From: Bacteroidales bacterium
GTDB lineage: Bacteria > Bacteroidota > Bacteroidia > Bacteroidales > UBA932
Direction: 5' to 3'
DNA length: 64,000 bases
Assembly: GCA_031550925.1 (NCBI GenBank)
Contig: JAVBOE010000017.1
Span: forward strand, 21,384-85,383
Both the position numbers and the translations under genes were made by a program. This document shows, piece after piece, positions 63,940 to 64,000 of the stretch (its first letter is position 1; each line of letters opens with the position of its first letter). Below the pieces are notes generated by a model, which saw only the letters and a program-made list of their open reading frames with translations, did no database searches and was not told the origin of the DNA.

Positions 63940-64000
63940 CTACCAAATAGAAGCGCGTTCTTCGGGAGCTATGTACATGCCGTCTCCTTCTTTTACACCA
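63940..64000 (-). CDS. 3' end of an unidentified minus-strand CDS entering from the window edge
   Basis: An open frame from the window end down to stop TAG (63942-63940) reads ...GVKEGDGMYIAPEERASIW*. Too short to assign. Confidence 0.3.
   Translation of the reverse strand, partial: GVKEGDGMYIAPEERASIW

Overview
The window looks like Bacteroidota (Bacteroidales-like) chromosome. Supporting evidence: the T9SS translocon SprA, sigma-54, GH92, DUF4270/DUF3098/DUF2851 genes, and many TAnnTTTG -7 promoter boxes. Bases 1-16728 are one tightly packed minus-strand operon of 17 genes. It is an aryl-polyene/flexirubin-type type II PKS-like cluster. It encodes a MIO ammonia-lyase, 3 KS plus a Cys-less KS-like protein, 2 ACP, hotdog dehydratases, a thioesterase, a methyltransferase and acyltransferases. 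It also encodes a GT2, a NodB deacetylase, a LolA-like protein and an MMPL-acyltransferase fusion. The last gene (1-3287, minus) is missing from the supplied ORF track because it runs off the window. The remaining 47 kb is mostly housekeeping: GH92, two tRNA-Pro, two NamZ/DUF1343 paralogs around a NYN-LOTUS gene, trxA, S41 protease, bactofilin, and murein-peptide recycling genes. It continues with miaB, rpoN, asnS, hutH, ruvA, sprA, gcvH, uppP, ftsX, ychF and leuS. The most unusual signal is non-coding. Intergenic spacers are built from a shared set of palindromic repeat modules. One AT-rich hairpin family has 3 copies, and the central loop of one copy is inverted relative to the others. One GC-rich family has at least 5 copies. 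One GC-rich copy is inserted in-frame (45 bp, 15 codons) inside the essential leuS gene. Another supplies the last codons and the stop of an HD-domain gene. A 0.96-kb ORF-free spacer also carries six exactly 12-bp-phased GTTACC repeats. No CRISPR array, transposase, integrase or recognisable defence system was seen. All family calls come from motif recognition by eye and no searches were run.
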